Part shown: positions 41,469-45,015 of the stretch, piece by piece
Numbering within the stretch: position 1 is the first letter of the stretch
How the letters are laid out: every line of letters starts with the position of its first letter
Source: an uncultured Thermotogae bacterium
GTDB taxonomy: Bacteria; Bipolaricaulota; Bipolaricaulia; UBA7950; UBA9294
Assembly (NCBI GenBank): GCA_964568045.1
Contig: CAZMOL010000003.1
Location: 1-45,015, forward strand
Direction: 5' to 3'
DNA: 45,015 nucleotides
Notes under the pieces: model-generated
Databases searched by the model: none
What the model was told of the DNA's origin: nothing
What the model saw: only the letters and a program-made list of their open reading frames with translations
Translations under genes and position numbers: made by a program

Positions 41469-42365
41469 ATGGATAATCATGTGAATCCTGAACTGCGGCA
41501 CGATTTCACCTTGTTGTTCGATGTGACCGACGGCAATCCAAACGGAGACCCGGATGCGGGGAATCTCCCTCGAGTAGACCCTGAAACCGGCCACGGCCTT
41601 GTCACAGATGTCTGCCTGAAGCGGAAGGTGAGAGACTACGTGAATGTGTTACGTGGGAATGAAGGTCGGTACAAGATCTATGTTGAACACCGTGGCTACC
41701 TGGTAGACCACAAGAAGCGTGCCTATAGGGCCGTCGGGGGAAAGAAAGGCGATGATAAAAAGGCCGACGAAGCCAGAGCTTGGATGTGCGAGAATTTCTA
41801 TGATGTGAGGGTCTTCGGTGCAGTGCTCGTTGGGAAAAAGGGAGAAGGGTACAACTGTGGTCAAGTTCGCGGCCCCATCCAGCTGACGTTCGCCCGATCG
41901 AAGGACCCCATCTTAGCACTAGACGTGGGTATTACCCGAGTTGCTCTTGAGAATCCAGGAGAGAAGCCACGAGAAGACGAAAGCGAGCAGGCAATGACTG
42001 GCACCATGGGAAGGAAGGCTCTTATCCCTTACGGTCTCTACCGTGCCCATGGATTCTTTGTCCCAAGCTTTGCTGTAGACACCGGGACCACAGAGGAGGA
42101 CTTGATCCTGTTCTGGGAGGCCCTTCAGAAAATGTGGGATCTGAACCGTTCTGCGTCGAAAGGTCTCACGACTTGTCGCGGCCTCTACGTCTTCACTCAT
42201 GACAAGCCTCTTGGCAACGCACCGGCACACAGGCTGTTCGAGCGGATTACGGCCAAGCTCAAGGACGAAACCAAGCCGCCGCGGTCGTTCGGCGATTACA
42301 CGGTGACCGTGGACGAAGCTGATCTGCCCGACGGTGTCACGTTAACCAAGCTCGTTGCTGACTGA
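41469..42365 (+). CDS. cas7: Type I-C Cas7 (Csd2)
   Basis: FDVTDGNPNGDPDAGNLPR, TDVCLKRKVR, FYDVRVFGAV, TMGRK..IPYGLY. Confidence 0.96.
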   Translation: MDNHVNPELRHDFTLLFDVTDGNPNGDPDAGNLPRVDPETGHGLVTDVCLKRKVRDYVNVLRGNEGRYKIYVEHRGYLVDHKKRAYRAVGGKKGDDKKADEARAWMCENFYDVRVFGAVLVGKKGEGYNCGQVRGPIQLTFARSKDPILALDVGITRVALENPGEKPREDESEQAMTGTMGRKALIPYGLYRAHGFFVPSFAVDTGTTEEDLILFWEALQKMWDLNRSASKGLTTCRGLYVFTHDKPLGNAPAHRLFERITAKLKDETKPPRSFGDYTVTVDEADLPDGVTLTKLVAD

Positions 42366-42366
42366 G

Positions 42367-42960
42367 ATGGACACAGACCGCGGAGAGCCGATCCCGCTCT
42401 CGGCGTTGCAGCACTACGCGTTTTGCCCGCGGCAGTGCGCGCTGATCCATCTTGATCGTATCTGGGAGGAGAATCTGTATACCCTGCGTGGGAAAAGGCT
42501 CCACGAGCGCAGCGATCAGCCGGAGGCGGTACTTCGTGATGGAGTGCGACTGGAATACGCACTGCCGCTGTGGAGCGAGCAGTACGGATTGATCGGCAAG
42601 GCCGACGTTGTCGAGTTTGACGACCACGACCGCCCCTACCCGGTTGAGTACAAGTCCGGACGAAAGAAGCATCGCCTCGCGGACCGCGTTCAGCTTGCCG
42701 GGCAGACGCTCTGTTTGGAGGAGATGCTCGACTGCACAATCGAAGAAGGGGCGATCTTCTACCATCGCTCACGCCGTCGAGAAGTCGTTTCGATCGACGC
42801 GGCTCTGAGAGAAGAGACCGTCCGCATAATCGCAGCTGTGCGAGACCTTTTCTCAGGAGAGACGCTTCCGCCGCCCTGTGGGGACGCACGGTGTCGGCTG
42901 TGTTCGTTACAAGACGAGTGCCTACCGACGCTGTGGGATCTGATTGTGGAGGCAGGATGA
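42367..42960 (+). CDS. cas4: Cas4 exonuclease
   Basis: SALQHYAFCPRQ, GKADVVE, PVEYK.G, C-terminal C..CSL...C Fe-S cysteines. Confidence 0.95.
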   Translation: MDTDRGEPIPLSALQHYAFCPRQCALIHLDRIWEENLYTLRGKRLHERSDQPEAVLRDGVRLEYALPLWSEQYGLIGKADVVEFDDHDRPYPVEYKSGRKKHRLADRVQLAGQTLCLEEMLDCTIEEGAIFYHRSRRREVVSIDAALREETVRIIAAVRDLFSGETLPPPCGDARCRLCSLQDECLPTLWDLIVEAG

Positions 42961-43976
42961 GCGCCCGAACCCTCCTCAACACACTGTACGTGCAAACCCA
43001 GGGGGGCTATCTTCGGCTTGACCACGAAACGGTCGTGCTTGAGGTTGAGCGATCCCAGGTTGCGCAGGTGCCGCTTCACCATCTTCGAGGCATCGCCCTG
43101 TTCGGGGACGTCCTCATCAGTCCGTTCCTGCTTGCTCGCTGTGCACAAGACGGACGCGCAGTGACCTGGTTCACTGGGCGTGGTCGCTTCTGCGGGCGTT
43201 TGGCTGGGCGAACGGCTGGCAACGTGTTCCTTCGTCAGGCTCAGTACCGCGCGGCTCAAGATGAGGTGGCCGCGGCTCTGCTGGCACGCTCATTTGTCAA
43301 AGGAAAGATCCGCGCTGCCGTCTCGGTCCTCGGGCGGGCAAACCGCGATTACCCGGACGTCTATCTGGAGAGAGCGAGGGATCGGCTTCACCAGTTAAAA
43401 CGGACGCTCGACTCCCAAACCGAGCTCGACAAGATGCGAGGAATCGAAGGCAGGGCCGCACGCGTATACTACGCCGCTTTTCCAAAGCTCATTCGTGTGC
43501 CAAGTCTCCCTTTTCTCAGTCGCACAAAACGTCCGCCGCGGGATCCGGTGAACGCTGTGTTGTCCTTTACGTATGCGTTGCTGACGCAGGACTGCGTTTC
43601 CGCGCTGGAGGGTGTCGGCCTCGATCCGCAGGTCGGCTTCCTTCACGCCGTCCGGCCGGGGAGACCCTCGTTGGCGCTCGATCTGATGGAGGAGTTTCGC
43701 AACGGGTTCGCCGATCGCCTCGTCCTCACGCTGCTCAATCGGCAACAGTTGCAGACAGGCGATTTCGATCGCAGGCCCGGAGGTGCAGTCTTACTCAACG
43801 AACAGGGGCGCAAGACGCTTTTGACAGCGTACGGGCGGCGGTGTCAAGAAGAGATCCATCATCCCCTGTTTAAGGAATCCGTAGCCGTCGGGCTCCTTCC
43901 CCATATCCAGGCCAGAATCCTTGCCCGTCATATCCGTGGCGATGTCGACGAGTACGTGGGGTATACCTGGCGATGA
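42957..43976 (+). CDS. cas1: Type I-C Cas1
   Basis: LLNTLYV, GNV.LR..Q, RG.EG.AA..Y, RPPRDPVNA.LSF.Y, GLDP..GFLH, LDLMEEFR. Confidence 0.96.
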   Translation: MSARTLLNTLYVQTQGGYLRLDHETVVLEVERSQVAQVPLHHLRGIALFGDVLISPFLLARCAQDGRAVTWFTGRGRFCGRLAGRTAGNVFLRQAQYRAAQDEVAAALLARSFVKGKIRAAVSVLGRANRDYPDVYLERARDRLHQLKRTLDSQTELDKMRGIEGRAARVYYAAFPKLIRVPSLPFLSRTKRPPRDPVNAVLSFTYALLTQDCVSALEGVGLDPQVGFLHAVRPGRPSLALDLMEEFRNGFADRLVLTLLNRQQLQTGDFDRRPGGAVLLNEQGRKTLLTAYGRRCQEEIHHPLFKESVAVGLLPHIQARILARHIRGDVDEYVGYTWR

Positions 43977-44278
43977 GCGACGAACGAGTGGACGCCCTGA
44001 TTGCCTACGACATTGAGACCACGTCGGCCAAGGGCCGCCGACGCTGGCGCGCGATCTGTCAGCTGTGCAAAAACTACGGACAGCGGGTCCAATTCTCTGT
44101 CTTCGAGTGCCGACTGACCCACGCACAGCTGGAAACCGTGGAAGCCAAGGCGTTGGCCATCATCGATCAGAAAAAGGATAGCTTGCGGTTCTATGTGCTT
44201 CGCGGGGGCCGGGAAGCCGCGCTTCGCTCCTATGGGATTGATCGGTATCAGGACTTCGATGAACCGCTCGTGCTTTGA
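43973..44278 (+). CDS. cas2: Cas2
   Basis: AYDI, C..YGQRVQFSVFEC, DSLRFY. Confidence 0.95.
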   Translation: MSDERVDALIAYDIETTSAKGRRRWRAICQLCKNYGQRVQFSVFECRLTHAQLETVEAKALAIIDQKKDSLRFYVLRGGREAALRSYGIDRYQDFDEPLVL

Positions 44279-44455
44279 GCGCGAACCACAAGCAGGTGAT
44301 CAATTCCCGGCAGGTTCGCGCAGCGAGAAAAAGTAGATGAGGTCATTGAAAAGTGAATGCGTAGGGAGAACCGTACCTGTTGGTAGGCCGACAAAAGGGA
44401 TGTTCGCGAAAGGAGGACCCAAAAGATTGACCTGTTGGGAGTTTAGACTCCTACC
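44279..44455 (+). promoter_or_regulatory. CRISPR leader
   Basis: Non-coding segment between cas2 and the first repeat; gcgcgaacc...ggttcgcgc inverted motif (44279-44321). Confidence 0.75.
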
Positions 44456-45015
44456 GTTGCACCCGCTCTTCGGAGCGGGTGAGGATTGAAACTCGGCCAG
44501 GAAGGTGCCTAATGATGCGAGAGGAGAGTTGCACCCGCTCTTCGGAGCGGGTGAGGATTGAAACATCTTTGGTCAGAGGTGGAACTAGGCAATCATCCAG
44601 TTGCACCCGCTCTTCGGAGCGGGTGAGGATTGAAACAAGGAGCTATGTCCGGAATAATCTGGGAGCCTGAAGTTGCACCCGCTCTTCGGAGCGGGTGAGG
44701 ATTGAAACAAGCGCTGGTGTGGGCGGACTCAAGCACAGGGTAACGTTGCACCCGCTCTTCGGAGCGGGTGAGGATTGAAACAGTTCATCTGCCAGATACT
44801 GTCAAATCAACAGAGTGTTGCACCCGCTCTTCGGAGCGGGTGAGGATTGAAACCACTGACCAGTATTACCGGCGCGTGAGGCTGTTAAGTTGCACCCGCT
44901 CTTCGGAGCGGGTGAGGATTGAAACACAATCTCTCCGACGGCCTGGCGGGTGAGCCGTTTGTTGCACCCGCTCTTCGGAGCGGGTGAGGATTGAAACCGA
45001 GGATTAGAGACGGAA
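44456..45015 (+). CRISPR. Type I-C CRISPR array, 8 identical 37-bp repeats GTTGCACCCGCTCTTCGGAGCGGGTGAGGATTGAAAC, truncated by the window end
   Basis: Repeats start at 44456, 44528, 44600, 44672, 44745, 44817, 44889, 44961; seven full spacers of 35,35,35,36,35,35,35 bp plus a partial eighth. Confidence 0.99.

Noticed and set aside
36761-44278. Missing cas6 as an anomaly
   Set aside because: Normal for type I-C, where Cas5c processes the pre-crRNA.
44300-44953. ORFs 44300-44566, 44479-44670 and 44768-44953
   Set aside because: Translations of CRISPR repeats and spacers.
44946-44954. Spacer 7 contains gcgggtgag, identical to part of the repeat
   Set aside because: Only 9 nt; compatible with chance.

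Overview
High-GC bacterial chromosomal window, mostly housekeeping genes. In order: REP-like repeats; two tandem paralogous secreted PKD-domain proteins; a beta-helix lipoprotein; uvrB-uvrA-rmuC (minus strand); prfA; tRNA-Ile(GAT); a PC4/YdbC-family protein; then a ~16.7 kb aromatic amino acid supraoperon (aroH pheA aroF tyrA aroA aroE trpE trpG trpD trpC trpF-trpB trpA aroC aroK-aroB aroQ aminotransferase) encoding all seven shikimate steps plus the Phe, Tyr and Trp branches. After it come hflKC, a repeat-rich spacer, lipid kinase/acyltransferase, a wHTH+HEPN-like protein, hom, pip, a TIR remnant, and a complete type I-C CRISPR-Cas locus whose array runs off the window end. The most notable signal is absent from the ORF track: two short leader peptides suggesting two-tier ribosome-mediated control of the supraoperon. 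A 33-aa leader with consecutive Tyr-Trp-Tyr-Phe-Phe codons and a full protector/antiterminator/terminator set sits at the operon head. A second 25-aa leader with W...WW codons overlaps the aroE stop directly before trpE and lacks an intrinsic terminator. All calls come from reading the sequence by eye; no database searches or folding programs were run, so novelty is unverified.
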